A stretch of 64,000 nucleotides of DNA, taken from contig JAHQVL010000167.1 in assembly GCA_019634345.1 (NCBI GenBank), forward strand, positions 24,992-88,991, read 5' to 3'. The position numbers were made by a program, and so were the translations under genes. Of the stretch, positions 18,429-28,820 are shown piece after piece. The notes beneath the pieces were generated by a model. The model did not search any database. It was not told the origin of the DNA and worked only from the letters and a program-made list of their open reading frames with translations. Position 1 is the stretch's first letter. Each line of letters starts with the position of its first letter. This DNA comes from Rhodothermaceae bacterium (GTDB lineage Bacteria; Bacteroidota; Rhodothermia; Rhodothermales; JAHQVL01).

Positions 18429-18869
18429 CTAACCGAGCACATCAAAGGGCGCATTAGTTATTGCCTCTTTGAGGTCGGCTTTGTCTTCCTCAGATGCTTC
18501 TAAGCTATCAAGGATGCTAAAAAGATCGGAGTGTTCTTCATCGGAAGACAAACCGTTTGCAAAAGACTGCTGGCCTATCATGCTTTTAAGCCTATGAATG
18601 TCTGGCCTTTTGCCCACTTCAAAGCCACCGAACTCGGCCATCTTTGACTCAAATTGTTGTATTAGCTCTTCTTGTGATAGGAGGCCATCCTCATCAGTAT
18701 CTGCACCTTGCAGCCGATCCGCAAAACGACCTTCTAGTTCATTTACCTGGAGGAGTCCATCTCCATCTTTGTCCAGCCTTTCGATCATCCTGCCACTTAC
18801 TTTCTGAGGGTCAGGCAGAGTACCGGACGCCAGGATTTCTTGATGAAATCCGAGACCTGAAATTTCCAT
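18429..18869 (-). CDS. EF-hand calcium-binding domain protein
   Basis: Two canonical 12-residue loops, DKDGDGLLQVNE and DTDEDGLLSQEE. No signal peptide. Confidence 0.75.
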   Translation of the reverse strand: MEISGLGFHQEILASGTLPDPQKVSGRMIERLDKDGDGLLQVNELEGRFADRLQGADTDEDGLLSQEELIQQFESKMAEFGGFEVGKRPDIHRLKSMIGQQSFANGLSSDEEHSDLFSILDSLEASEEDKADLKEAITNAPFDVLG

Positions 18870-19097
18870 GATTCACCTTTGGTTTGGTTAATAAGAATGC
18901 TTTAACGCAAGTCAACCAGCGTGCCGGCACACACTGTTTGTGCCTATCATATCGGTGAATCGACCTCTACGATAACGATTGGGCTCCTGATTTTACATCT
19001 GTAACATCCTGTTTAAACCGTTTACGTGAAAGGTGCCTGGTCTATCAAAGAACTTCAGAAAATCCTGCCTTCCTACAGGTAAAAGCAGGACATGAAA

Positions 19098-19784
19098 CTA
19101 CCCATCAAATCGATATCCCATATTATGAACCGTTAGCAAATGGGAGGGCTTACCGGGATTGGCTTCTATTTTTTGTCGCAAACGAGCAACGTGTACATCT
19201 ACGGTTCGTGTGTTTGGTACCGTTTCATATCCCCAAACTGTATTCAATATTTCCTCCCGACTTAATACTTGTCCTTTGTTGAGAATAAAATGCCTGAGTA
19301 GCTGAAACTCCTTAGCTGAACAATCAACTACTTCGCGGTTTCTGCGCATTTCTGCCCTTCTGAAGTTCACCTCAATGTCAGCAAACCGATAGCTTGAAGA
19401 AGAAGCAAGATTCTCACCGTGGTTAGACCTACGCAGGAGCGCTTCAATGCGCGCAACGAGTTCTGCCATTTGAAACGGCTTGGTCTGATAATCATCTGCA
19501 CCCAGCTTAAAACCAAGAACTTTGTCTATAGTTTGGCCTCGGGCTGTCAGCATAAGGATAGGCAGATGTTCTTTATGCCTGCGAAGATCTCGGCAGATAT
19601 CAAAGCCATCCATTCCGGGCAGCATAATGTCGAGAATTACGAGATCATACCAGTGATTGATGGCTTCATCCAATCCGTCAGAACCATTTCTAGAAATAGA
19701 AACATCATACCCGTGCGATTCAAGCCTTTTAGAAAGGGTAGCGATCAATCCAGGTTCATCTTCAATTAATAGTATTTTTTCCAT
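19098..19784 (-). CDS. OmpR/PhoB-family response regulator
   Basis: ATG at 19784 (MEKILLIEDEP). Receiver Asp in LVILDIMLPGMDG. Winged-helix C-terminus ending GYRF. Confidence 0.9.
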   Translation of the reverse strand: MEKILLIEDEPGLIATLSKRLESHGYDVSISRNGSDGLDEAINHWYDLVILDIMLPGMDGFDICRDLRRHKEHLPILMLTARGQTIDKVLGFKLGADDYQTKPFQMAELVARIEALLRRSNHGENLASSSSYRFADIEVNFRRAEMRRNREVVDCSAKEFQLLRHFILNKGQVLSREEILNTVWGYETVPNTRTVDVHVARLRQKIEANPGKPSHLLTVHNMGYRFDG

Positions 19785-19803
19785 ACGAGATGATCGTTTT
19801 AGA

Positions 19804-21519
19804 TTAAAAACTCGGAAAGGTGAGGTGGAAGGTAGTCCCCAGATTGGGTGCACTCCGGAACGTGATCGTGCCCTTGTGAGCTTCAACTATGTTTTTCACA
19901 ATACTCAACCCCAAGCCATTGCCTCGTATCTGTGAGGCTCGAACCTGCGCTGAACGATAAAAGGGGTCAAACACATAGGGTTGATCGTCAACATCTATTC
20001 CACGTCCAGTATCTTTCACGGTAAGATGCAATGCACCTTGATCAACGAAAGTAGCCAGGCTTACCTGTGGATACTCGTCTGAATACTTGATCGCATTCTG
20101 CACAAGGTTTTGAACTACTGAAGTTAATGCCTCTTCATCTCCCTTGATGCCAGGAAGGGACGCATCCAGATCCAGGTCAAGTTCAACATCTTTCAGGTCC
20201 AGTTCAATCCGGCTCAGCGTGCGTTGTACTACCTTGTTTAAATCGACCGATTGTTCGGTGTATTGCTTCCCTCCTAGCGTAATGCCGGCAAACGAGAGGA
20301 CTTGATCAAGCGTGCTTAGCAGACTGCGGCTTTGATCAACAACAAACGTCCCGTATTCATGCATTTCTTCGGGTTCATTGACTAATCCATCTCTCAGGTT
20401 TTCACCAACTGCATGAATAACGGCAATGGGCGTTTTTAAATCATGAGAAACACCAGCAACGAATGCTACTTGTTGATCGGCAAGGCGCTGCTTACGCCGT
20501 GTGTACAGAAGGATCAACCCGATAGAAATACCTAACACCATTAGGACCAAAAAGCTAATTCCGAGATTCCTCCGGTGCATTTTTGCAACGGCTGTTTCTA
20601 GAGCCCCGCTTTTATGGGTTATATTGAGGGTCCAAATCCGCAGAGGCATTAAACCCGGAGGAGGGCCTCTTTCACCCCTTCGGGCCCCCTCACCTCTCCT
20701 GGAGCGATCAGGCGGGCGTGCAATCATGCGAGAAAACAAGCGCATCACATAGAGCGGGTCTGGTGGACCAACATTTAGGCTAACATCCGCGTCTTCATGC
20801 ATTTCAAGGTTCGGACCAGATGCATAGACAACGTGATCTGCTGCCTCCCGGTTCGTAATCAAGATATCGTAATCACCCTGTTCATAATTCTGGAAGAAGC
20901 GGTAGACGAGCTCTGGCATCCATTCATTTGAAATGTAGGCCATGTCAAATACGATAAAGAGGCGATCCTCAGTTTCCCTAAGCCCTGAACCAAAAGGGAT
21001 CAAAGGAAACTCATTCAAGCCTGAAATAGAGGTAGGTCTTTGACGGGTATACGGCATTGGGGATACCACATCCTCGCCAAAGAACGTCTCAATCTCAGGA
21101 TACATTCCGTTTGCCGGCACCCACTTCTTGACGCGCTCCAACACCGTATCGACCTCATTGTACTGATAGAGCTTTTCCTCTCCGGAATCATTGTATTCCA
21201 TCCAATAAATGTGCTTTACCAATCCAGGATGCGCCGAAGTTGCATACCATTCAATCCAGCGTTCAGACAGTTTGTCTGTCAATTCTTTCCGGCTTTCAGG
21301 AGCAGGAATTACGAACGTAAACAGTGCAGACATCATCTCCTGATTGAGTTCATCACCCAGGAGATGTGCCGTGTTTTCCACAGAGGTTCGAATTCGTACT
21401 TCCTCAGCTTCACTTAATTGATTCAGCCAATTGTACTGGAAATAGGCGCTGAAACACAAGGTACTCGTAAGTATAACCGCAAGGAGAAGTATTACTGAAA
21501 AGGCTCTCGATTTCTTCAT
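19804..21519 (-). CDS. Sensor histidine kinase with large periplasmic domain
   Basis: H-box FVAGVSHDLKTP and a C-terminal HATPase (GRGIDVDD, GNGLGLSIV). Sits 19 nt upstream of its response regulator. Confidence 0.9.
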   Translation of the reverse strand: MKKSRAFSVILLLAVILTSTLCFSAYFQYNWLNQLSEAEEVRIRTSVENTAHLLGDELNQEMMSALFTFVIPAPESRKELTDKLSERWIEWYATSAHPGLVKHIYWMEYNDSGEEKLYQYNEVDTVLERVKKWVPANGMYPEIETFFGEDVVSPMPYTRQRPTSISGLNEFPLIPFGSGLRETEDRLFIVFDMAYISNEWMPELVYRFFQNYEQGDYDILITNREAADHVVYASGPNLEMHEDADVSLNVGPPDPLYVMRLFSRMIARPPDRSRRGEGARRGERGPPPGLMPLRIWTLNITHKSGALETAVAKMHRRNLGISFLVLMVLGISIGLILLYTRRKQRLADQQVAFVAGVSHDLKTPIAVIHAVGENLRDGLVNEPEEMHEYGTFVVDQSRSLLSTLDQVLSFAGITLGGKQYTEQSVDLNKVVQRTLSRIELDLKDVELDLDLDASLPGIKGDEEALTSVVQNLVQNAIKYSDEYPQVSLATFVDQGALHLTVKDTGRGIDVDDQPYVFDPFYRSAQVRASQIRGNGLGLSIVKNIVEAHKGTITFRSAPNLGTTFHLTFPSF

Positions 21520-21698
21520 TGGAAGTGCGTTGGCTATCTATGTGCCTCAATTAACACGTGCGAAACGTGCTATTTACATTTGTTACCTACATTTTAAGTA
21601 CAAGCAACAACGCTGCAATGCGTATCGCGTAGTAGAGGAACCACACGTATGATGCCGAACCACACCGAGTTTTAGCAAGTGCTTATACCTGGTGTCTA

Positions 21699-24272
21699 AT
21701 GAAATCTATTGTCCTTTACTTCAATACCTACACAGCAATCCAAATTGTCTGCATCATCTGTGCTGCAGTCGTCTTCTCAATTCCAAGTTATTCTCAGGAT
21801 CAAGGTCCACACCCTGTTCGAGAAATCCGTATCGCCAGCGTCCAGGTAGAGGGCGCTTCTACGCCTACAGAAGCCCAGTTTTTGATACAAACAAGTGGTT
21901 TAAAGGTCGGTGATGATGTTTCGATTCCAGGTGACATAGTATTTTCAGAAGCCATTCGTGCAATGTATAGGCTCGGTAAATATGAGGACATCAAAATCAT
22001 TGAAAAGCATGATACTCAGAGCACCGGCCACTTACTGATCCAAGTCAAAGAGACGCCTCGCATAGGAAGCTACTCGATCACAGGAGTAAAGAAAAGCCAT
22101 AGAAATGAGTTGGAAGAAGATGCACCTCTGTTAATCAGAACTCCGCTTCGCCGCGCGCATGTAGAGCAAACAGTAGGTATGATAAAAGCATTTTACAATG
22201 CAAAAGGATACCCTACAACAACCGTAACCGTGGATAAAACCACTAACGAAGGAGCAGTCGATCTTACATTCAAGGTCGATACCGGTAAGCGAGTTGAAAT
22301 AAAGGATATAACTCTCCGAGGAAATCAGGTTATTTCTGACAGGAAGTTGCTCAAAAAAACAAAAACCAAGGAAGATACATGGTGGCGTTTTTGGAAGAAG
22401 GCAACATTTGATGCGCCCACTTACGAAAAGGACCTTCAACAAATCATTACCACACTAAACGAACGAGGCCATTATGATGCACGCATCTTATCGGATAGCG
22501 TTTACCTGGAAAACAAACGCGTCCATTCAAACTCCATAGCCAGGTCCAGCTACACAAATGCCAATGGAGATACTGTATACGTTGCCTCAGAAGGGGGACA
22601 ACAAGAACCTGTTTACAACCCTACTTACAAGATAGCCATCGACCTGTATGAGGGCCCTCAATACCACATCCGTTCCGTGCAATGGGATGGAAATACTCTT
22701 TTTTCTGATGCACAGCTCTCCCAAGCGCTAGGCATTCAAAAGGGTGACATGTACAACGGAACCCGGCTGCAAGAAAACCTCTTTGCAAACAAATCTTCAA
22801 CCGACGTTTCCAGCCTATACATGAATCGTGGGTACATGACATTCCGTGCTACGCCCTCAATACGTGTCGCAGGAGGCGATTCGCTGGATGTGTACATAGA
22901 TATTGCAGAAGGGGATGTTTATGAATTTGGATCTATTGAGATTGCCGGCAATGAGAAAACGAAAGACCATGTGGTACGGCGTGAGTTGTATACGATACCC
23001 GGACAAACGTTTAGCAGGGATGCAATTCAAGAATCCATAAGGCGGCTCATGCAACTCAACTACTTCAGCCAGGAGTCGATTGGGGCAGGGCCCGGAGTAG
23101 AAATTGATGATCAACAAAAGGTCGTTGATCTTACTTATTCTCTCGAAGAAACCGGGAGCGATCAACTCCAACTTTCTGGTACATGGGCCAGTTATGGCCT
23201 GGTATTAAGCCTGGGGTTTGAATTCAATAATTTTTCTGTGCAAAACCTCTTTAAACGGAATGCATGGCGTCCATTACCAGCAGGCGATGGGCAAAAATTG
23301 TCTCTTGGCATTCAAACCAGCGGCTCAAACTATCAAAATTATTCAATTGGATTTACAGAACCCTGGCTCCGAGGTAAACCAACGCCTATAGGTATGAACC
23401 TGTCTTATACCCGAATAGGCGAAAATGCCCTGTCTTCGATTGGCACAGGGTCGTTTTCCAGCATATCGATGCGCTCTTTTTATGAAAAACGGCTTAAGTG
23501 GCCCGATGATAAGTTCAGCGTATCTACTACGATAGGATACCAGTTATACAACAACGAAGGCTTATACACGACCCTACCCCAAGGCCGAAGTGAAGAAGTT
23601 ACAGTACAACAAGCCTTATTAAGAAACTCTACCGACCACCCGTTATTCCCTTCCAGAGGATCCAATTTTTTATTCTCTGTAACCCTTGCCCCTCCGATCA
23701 ATGGATTTATCCAGTACCATAAATGGCGGCTTAAAAATACCTGGCACACCCCTCTTGCGAACAAGTTAACCTTTAGCTTTTCCTCTGATCTTGGATACAT
23801 TGGATCGCTAACAGGTGGCGATGTAGAATTTCAGCGTTTTATTGTAGGAGGCTCTCCTTTTGACACACAAGGCTTTAACAGTGCTCAATTTCTGGGTACA
23901 GATTTAATCTACATGCGTGGCTATCCAGCCGGATCAATTGGACCCCGGCTAAACAACGAACCAATTGGTGGGCGAATCTTGAACAAGTTTAGTACAGAGC
24001 TTCGCTTTATGGCCATTTCTACAGACCAGTTGCAGGCTGCGCCTTATGCCTTCATGGATGCTGTAAATACATGGGATAGCTTCTCAACGTATAACCCTGC
24101 CGAACTGTATCGATCTGCCGGCTTTGGAATGCGATTTTTCTTACCGATACTCGGCACCCTTGAACTTGCCTACGGGTATAATTTTGATACGTTTTCACCC
24201 CTCAGTACGGATGACCACACCGGCCAGAAACAGTGGCTGTTTCAATTCACAATCGGAAGAGGCTTTGACTGA
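21699..24272 (+). CDS. bamA: Outer membrane protein assembly factor BamA
   Basis: 857 aa. POTRA repeats followed by an Omp85 barrel. Confidence 0.9.
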   Translation: MKSIVLYFNTYTAIQIVCIICAAVVFSIPSYSQDQGPHPVREIRIASVQVEGASTPTEAQFLIQTSGLKVGDDVSIPGDIVFSEAIRAMYRLGKYEDIKIIEKHDTQSTGHLLIQVKETPRIGSYSITGVKKSHRNELEEDAPLLIRTPLRRAHVEQTVGMIKAFYNAKGYPTTTVTVDKTTNEGAVDLTFKVDTGKRVEIKDITLRGNQVISDRKLLKKTKTKEDTWWRFWKKATFDAPTYEKDLQQIITTLNERGHYDARILSDSVYLENKRVHSNSIARSSYTNANGDTVYVASEGGQQEPVYNPTYKIAIDLYEGPQYHIRSVQWDGNTLFSDAQLSQALGIQKGDMYNGTRLQENLFANKSSTDVSSLYMNRGYMTFRATPSIRVAGGDSLDVYIDIAEGDVYEFGSIEIAGNEKTKDHVVRRELYTIPGQTFSRDAIQESIRRLMQLNYFSQESIGAGPGVEIDDQQKVVDLTYSLEETGSDQLQLSGTWASYGLVLSLGFEFNNFSVQNLFKRNAWRPLPAGDGQKLSLGIQTSGSNYQNYSIGFTEPWLRGKPTPIGMNLSYTRIGENALSSIGTGSFSSISMRSFYEKRLKWPDDKFSVSTTIGYQLYNNEGLYTTLPQGRSEEVTVQQALLRNSTDHPLFPSRGSNFLFSVTLAPPINGFIQYHKWRLKNTWHTPLANKLTFSFSSDLGYIGSLTGGDVEFQRFIVGGSPFDTQGFNSAQFLGTDLIYMRGYPAGSIGPRLNNEPIGGRILNKFSTELRFMAISTDQLQAAPYAFMDAVNTWDSFSTYNPAELYRSAGFGMRFFLPILGTLELAYGYNFDTFSPLSTDDHTGQKQWLFQFTIGRGFD

Positions 24273-24303
24273 TCGCCGCCAGTGCGTACGGGTCACATTT
24301 ATC

Positions 24304-26253
24304 CTATATAAGCTCTGCGTCTGCGATGACCTCTACCATGCTCGGTCCGTCATGAGCAAGAGCTTCTTCCAGGGCTGAATCCAGTTCTTCCCTGTCTGTT
24401 ACCCGGATTCCCAGCGCGCCACAAAGACGAGCATATTTTGAGAAATTCGGATTATGCAGCGAAGTCTGCCATACATCCCATTCTCCAGATCGTTGCTCCT
24501 TTGAGATTTTACCCAATTCGTAGTTATTGATCAGAATATGGGTGATATTCATGCCGTATTTAACCGCTGTTGTAAGTTCAGCCATATACTGCCCGAATCC
24601 ACCATCCCCCGAAACGGCGATAACGGCCCTGTCTGCAAAAAGAGGATCATCTTCTTGTGTTGCCGCCCAGGCACCCATGGCTGCAGGGTATGCAAACCCA
24701 ATTGACCCTAGATATCCAGACATCAATATTGCCTGGTTGCTGCATTCAAAATACCGGCCGAAGGAATACGTGTTATTACCAACATCTACTGCAATGATCG
24801 CATTATCAGGAACATGGTGGGTCATTGCGTCAAATATTGCTGCAGAATTTACCCCTTTACCTCTGTCATCTTCGAGGCGCCGCCGCTTTTCCTCTCTCCA
24901 GATTAACCAGCGGTCAGCAATTTCGGGTTCTTGATCTACTTCTGGTACATGATTACTCAGAGCCTCTCTAAGGAGGTTGACAGTCACACCAATCTCTCCC
25001 CATACAGGCACATCAACACTATGGAATTTACCCAGCGTCATCGTATCAAAGTCCACTTGAATGGTAGGGACCTTAGGGGTAATTCCAGTGTGGTTACTGA
25101 AGCTCGCCCCCAGAACAAGCAATACGTCCGCCTCATTCATAAAATAGCTCGCTATGGGTGTACCACTGCGCCCAAGTACTCCTGCTCCAAGGGGATGGCT
25201 ATCCGAAATGAGCCCCTTTCCTTTGAACGTGGTAAGGACCGGGCATTTTAAGAGTTCTGCCAACTCAATGATCTCATGCATATTAAATCGGCTCCCATGC
25301 CCTACAATAATAACAGGTCTCTTGGCCTGCTCAAGCAGTTCTGCGGCCCGATCGAGAGCATCAACAGGAGGAGCAATTGCACGATCAGCAACCCGACCAA
25401 AGGGGGTTCCTGGCATCACTTCATCCGGAACGTGAAGGTTTTGCACCTCATCTGGAAATACCAGGTGGGACACGCCCCGATTCAGAATCGAACTCTTACA
25501 GGCTAGATTCATCAATTCAGCATGGCGGCTATCATGAAGCACTGTTTGGCTCCATTGTGCTACCTTGCCGAAAGCAGCCATAAGATCAACTTCTTGAAAA
25601 GCCCCAGGTCCCAATACTTGCGTATCCACCTGTCCGGTTAGAGCGATTACCGGAGACCGATCTACGTTTGCATCCCATAACCCTGTTAACAGGTTTGTTG
25701 CACCGGGACCGGCAATGGAAAGGCAAGCTGCAGGCCGGCCCGTTAATTTTCCATAAGCAGATGCTGCAAAGGAAGCAGCACCTTCATGTCGTATTCCATA
25801 AAAGGCCAGATTACCCTGCTCTTCCTGTATCCGTAGTGCGTCTGCCAATCCCAAATTAGAATGCCCTACCATACCAAAGACCATGCGCACATTCCAATCC
25901 ACCATGGTCTCAACCATAAGGTCAGAAACGGTGCGGATGTGCGGCAATTCTTCCTCTATTTCTACATACACTCCATCACTTCGGATCTCTACGGGAAAGG
26001 ATTCGACCCCATCATCAAATCCAGGGGCTTTGCCGCTAATAGGATCGTAATCCCATCCATGCCACGGGCAACGTAATAGTCCGTTTTCAATCGATCCTTC
26101 TCCGAGCGGACCTCCTTGATGGGGGCATCGGTTATCCAAGGCACCGTACTTCCCCTTAAAATGCGTTATGCATAAGGTTCGGTGTGCACATGTGATAGGT
26201 TTTACTCTCCCTTCAGGAAGTTCAGTCGGATCTAGTACTTTATACCAGGGCAT
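24304..26253 (-). CDS. Fusion protein: N-terminal Rieske [2Fe-2S] domain plus thiamine-pyrophosphate enzyme (pyruvate oxidase / acetolactate synthase-like)
   Basis: Rieske ligand motifs CPHQGGPL and CPWHGWDY in the first ~100 aa or so. TPP motif GDGGFGQYMAELTTAVKYGMNITHILINN near the C-terminus. Confidence 0.85.
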   Translation of the reverse strand: MPWYKVLDPTELPEGRVKPITCAHRTLCITHFKGKYGALDNRCPHQGGPLGEGSIENGLLRCPWHGWDYDPISGKAPGFDDGVESFPVEIRSDGVYVEIEEELPHIRTVSDLMVETMVDWNVRMVFGMVGHSNLGLADALRIQEEQGNLAFYGIRHEGAASFAASAYGKLTGRPAACLSIAGPGATNLLTGLWDANVDRSPVIALTGQVDTQVLGPGAFQEVDLMAAFGKVAQWSQTVLHDSRHAELMNLACKSSILNRGVSHLVFPDEVQNLHVPDEVMPGTPFGRVADRAIAPPVDALDRAAELLEQAKRPVIIVGHGSRFNMHEIIELAELLKCPVLTTFKGKGLISDSHPLGAGVLGRSGTPIASYFMNEADVLLVLGASFSNHTGITPKVPTIQVDFDTMTLGKFHSVDVPVWGEIGVTVNLLREALSNHVPEVDQEPEIADRWLIWREEKRRRLEDDRGKGVNSAAIFDAMTHHVPDNAIIAVDVGNNTYSFGRYFECSNQAILMSGYLGSIGFAYPAAMGAWAATQEDDPLFADRAVIAVSGDGGFGQYMAELTTAVKYGMNITHILINNYELGKISKEQRSGEWDVWQTSLHNPNFSKYARLCGALGIRVTDREELDSALEEALAHDGPSMVEVIADAELI

Positions 26254-26415
26254 GAAGATCTTGGCGTGTTGATGTGTCTGAATACTGCCCTGAAGTTAAG
26301 GGAATGCTTCAGAAATACAAAATCAATTCACCTGGATCATCAGGAATTGCACGGATTTTGCTGATGATTTTCTCACAGCAATCTCCTCTCAAAATGAGAT
26401 CAAAAGGCCCCTCAA

Positions 26416-26679
26416 ATGAAAAAGTATAAGCTTCTCGTCCTGCCGTTTTTGCTAACTCTAGGCCCATTCTGGATGGTCTCATTCACTGGAGGTGAATGGA
26501 GTGTGTTTCGGATAGCTGGCATAATTGGAGCTATCGCTTTAAGCCTGGGTCTCATCTACCTGCTGTCTAAGGTGTATTACCTGCAGCAGCGAATCGAATG
26601 GCTTGAGAACTCAGCTCCGGACAAGTATTCTCCATCAGAAAGCCGTGCGGACGCACACAAAAGTCATTTTGACGTATAG
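26416..26679 (+). CDS. Small two-TM membrane protein, hypothetical
   Basis: 87 aa with two hydrophobic segments. No family recognised. Confidence 0.4.
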   Translation: MKKYKLLVLPFLLTLGPFWMVSFTGGEWSVFRIAGIIGAIALSLGLIYLLSKVYYLQQRIEWLENSAPDKYSPSESRADAHKSHFDV

Positions 26680-26683
26680 CACC

Positions 26684-27514
26684 CTAGAAGCTTACTACAG
26701 CACCCGATTTCACAAAACAACTTGCGCTGGCAATATTTACGGGCTCCAACTGATCACTTAATGTTTTTGCCGTTTCAGATTGGCCCAAGAAAAGATACCC
26801 ATCCGGCATCAAGCGTTCGATAATTCGCCCAACAATATCTCGTTTCACGTCTTGCTTGAAATAGATGAGTACGTTGCGCAGAAATATGACATCCATCTTA
26901 GGGATTTGCGCAAATGAATCCATCAAGTTTAGCTTCTTAAACTCTATCCGATCACGGAGCGACTGACGAACTTTCCAGCGTGAATCGACAGGTTCAAAAT
27001 ACCGCTTCACCAACATATCGTTAAGGCCACGGCCTACTTCAAACGAAGAGTATACTCCCTTGTCTGCTTTTTCGAGGACTTCGTCGGAAACATCTGTTCC
27101 AAGGATCCGAATCGTCCAATCATTCAGGGCAGGAAAATGCTCTCTAAGTAAAATAGAAATACTGTAGGGTTCTTGACCAGAAGAACACGCAGCAGACCAG
27201 ATATTTAACGTTTTGGTAGACTGTCTTTTTTCAATCAGGTCTTTAACGATACCTGTTTTGAGGGCTTCAAAGGGTGGATTATCTCTGAAAAAGAACGTCT
27301 CATTTGTAGTCATGGCATCAATTACCTTGTCTACAAGATCACCCGTTGCCTGCCATCGTAATCGTAGGATCAAATCGCTCAAGGAGCCAAATCCTTCACT
27401 TTTGATGACGGGTGCCAACCTGGACTCTATAAGATACGCTTTGTCCTTATGGAGAACTATACCAGATCTGGATTCAACAAAACTACTTAGAAAGTCAAAA
27501 TCTGTATCTTTCAC
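26684..27514 (-). CDS. cheR: Chemotaxis protein methyltransferase CheR
   Basis: GTG start. TNETFFFRD motif and SAM-binding IWSAACSSGQEPYS. Confidence 0.9.
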   Translation of the reverse strand: MKDTDFDFLSSFVESRSGIVLHKDKAYLIESRLAPVIKSEGFGSLSDLILRLRWQATGDLVDKVIDAMTTNETFFFRDNPPFEALKTGIVKDLIEKRQSTKTLNIWSAACSSGQEPYSISILLREHFPALNDWTIRILGTDVSDEVLEKADKGVYSSFEVGRGLNDMLVKRYFEPVDSRWKVRQSLRDRIEFKKLNLMDSFAQIPKMDVIFLRNVLIYFKQDVKRDIVGRIIERLMPDGYLFLGQSETAKTLSDQLEPVNIASASCFVKSGAVVSF

Positions 27515-27521
27515 GATAATC

Positions 27522-28709
27522 TCAGTGGTTAGTGTGTGCTAAAGTGGTTTCAATACGAAGCATGATCTCGTATCCGATTCGATCAAGGGGTATTACTTTA
27601 TCAACCAGGCCTGCACGAGTAACAGCTCCTGGCATTCCCCAAACAACAGATGATGCTTCATCTTGAGCGAATAGTGAACCACCCTGATCAATGATGGCCT
27701 CGCTGCCGTTTAGCCCATCTTTCCCCATACCTGTCAAAATAACGGCAAGTGCGTGTTTGCCGTATACTTCAGCTACAGAGCGAAATAGTACATCCACAGC
27801 TGGCCGGCACCCTTGTTCGGGGGGGTCTTCATTCAGGTTCAGAACGACTCCCCCTCCCTTTTTTTCAACGATCATATGAAAACCACCTGGCGCAATTCGG
27901 ACTACACCTGGGGTCACAACTTCACCAGCCCGAGCTTCTTTTACAGACAGATCAGAAGCCCCATCTAGCCGCTTTGCAAGCGTCGTAGTAAATGCAGCTG
28001 GCATGTGTTGAACAATGAGAACAGGTACTGGAATGGAAGCAGGAATCGTTGGGATCAACTTTGCCAATGCGTTCGGCCCGCCTGTAGATACACCTATAAC
28101 CAGAATTTTAACTGGAGCACGAAGCTTGTTCGTTGTTAAACGAGTAGGTGTACCGGCTGGCTTGACCGGCTTTGTTTCTGCCTTTTCCGGTTTCCTCACT
28201 GGTGGAGTGGATGAAGTAAAACGCCGAGGAGGTGCTGGATGCGGTGGACTGGAAGGAGCAGGCGCATCAACTTTATTGGACGGCTCTGCTTTCGAGCCCC
28301 TTAAATTCCCCCTCAGTGCCATTATCTTAGGCACCAAGGAGGAACGAGTAAGCATCTTTACTTCTTCTACTCCATTCGCTCCAGTTGGCTTTGCAACATA
28401 ATCCTCTGCTCCTGATTCGAGCGCTTCAAGGGTCTTCTCAGACGAAGCTTCACTCAATGAAGTAAACATGATTACGGCAATATTCGGATGCCGCTGCTTT
28501 ATGACCTTTAAAGCCTCTACCCCATCCATCTCAGGCATCTCAACATCCATGATGACCAGATCTGGCTTGAGTAATTCAACCTTCTTGAGCGCATTTACCC
28601 CGTTCACAGCTGTCCCAACAACTTCCAATGCAGGTTCTTCTTCCAGTGCTGAAGAGATTAGCCTTCGTGCCAAGACTGAATCGTCTACTATCAAGATTTT
28701 TATACCCAT
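27522..28709 (-). CDS. cheB: Protein-glutamate methylesterase/deamidase CheB (receiver plus methylesterase) with long Pro/Lys-rich linker
   Basis: Receiver region ILIVDDS...DLVIMDVEMPEMDG. Esterase region GVSTGGP...GMGKDG. Confidence 0.9.
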   Translation of the reverse strand: MGIKILIVDDSVLARRLISSALEEEPALEVVGTAVNGVNALKKVELLKPDLVIMDVEMPEMDGVEALKVIKQRHPNIAVIMFTSLSEASSEKTLEALESGAEDYVAKPTGANGVEEVKMLTRSSLVPKIMALRGNLRGSKAEPSNKVDAPAPSSPPHPAPPRRFTSSTPPVRKPEKAETKPVKPAGTPTRLTTNKLRAPVKILVIGVSTGGPNALAKLIPTIPASIPVPVLIVQHMPAAFTTTLAKRLDGASDLSVKEARAGEVVTPGVVRIAPGGFHMIVEKKGGGVVLNLNEDPPEQGCRPAVDVLFRSVAEVYGKHALAVILTGMGKDGLNGSEAIIDQGGSLFAQDEASSVVWGMPGAVTRAGLVDKVIPLDRIGYEIMLRIETTLAHTNH

Positions 28710-28820
28710 GAACGCGGACTATTTTGATATTGTTTGACAAAAGGGGTTTCATGTTTCATGCACAAGAAGGAAGCAGCTTCTCACTAAACAGAGTACCTTG
28801 AGGGTATTTTTGCCTTTCTG

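Noticed and set aside
21380-21395. GGTTCGAATTC resembling a tRNA T-arm
   Set aside because: It lies inside the histidine kinase CDS and no acceptor or anticodon stems can be built around it. I found no tRNA or rRNA genes in the window.
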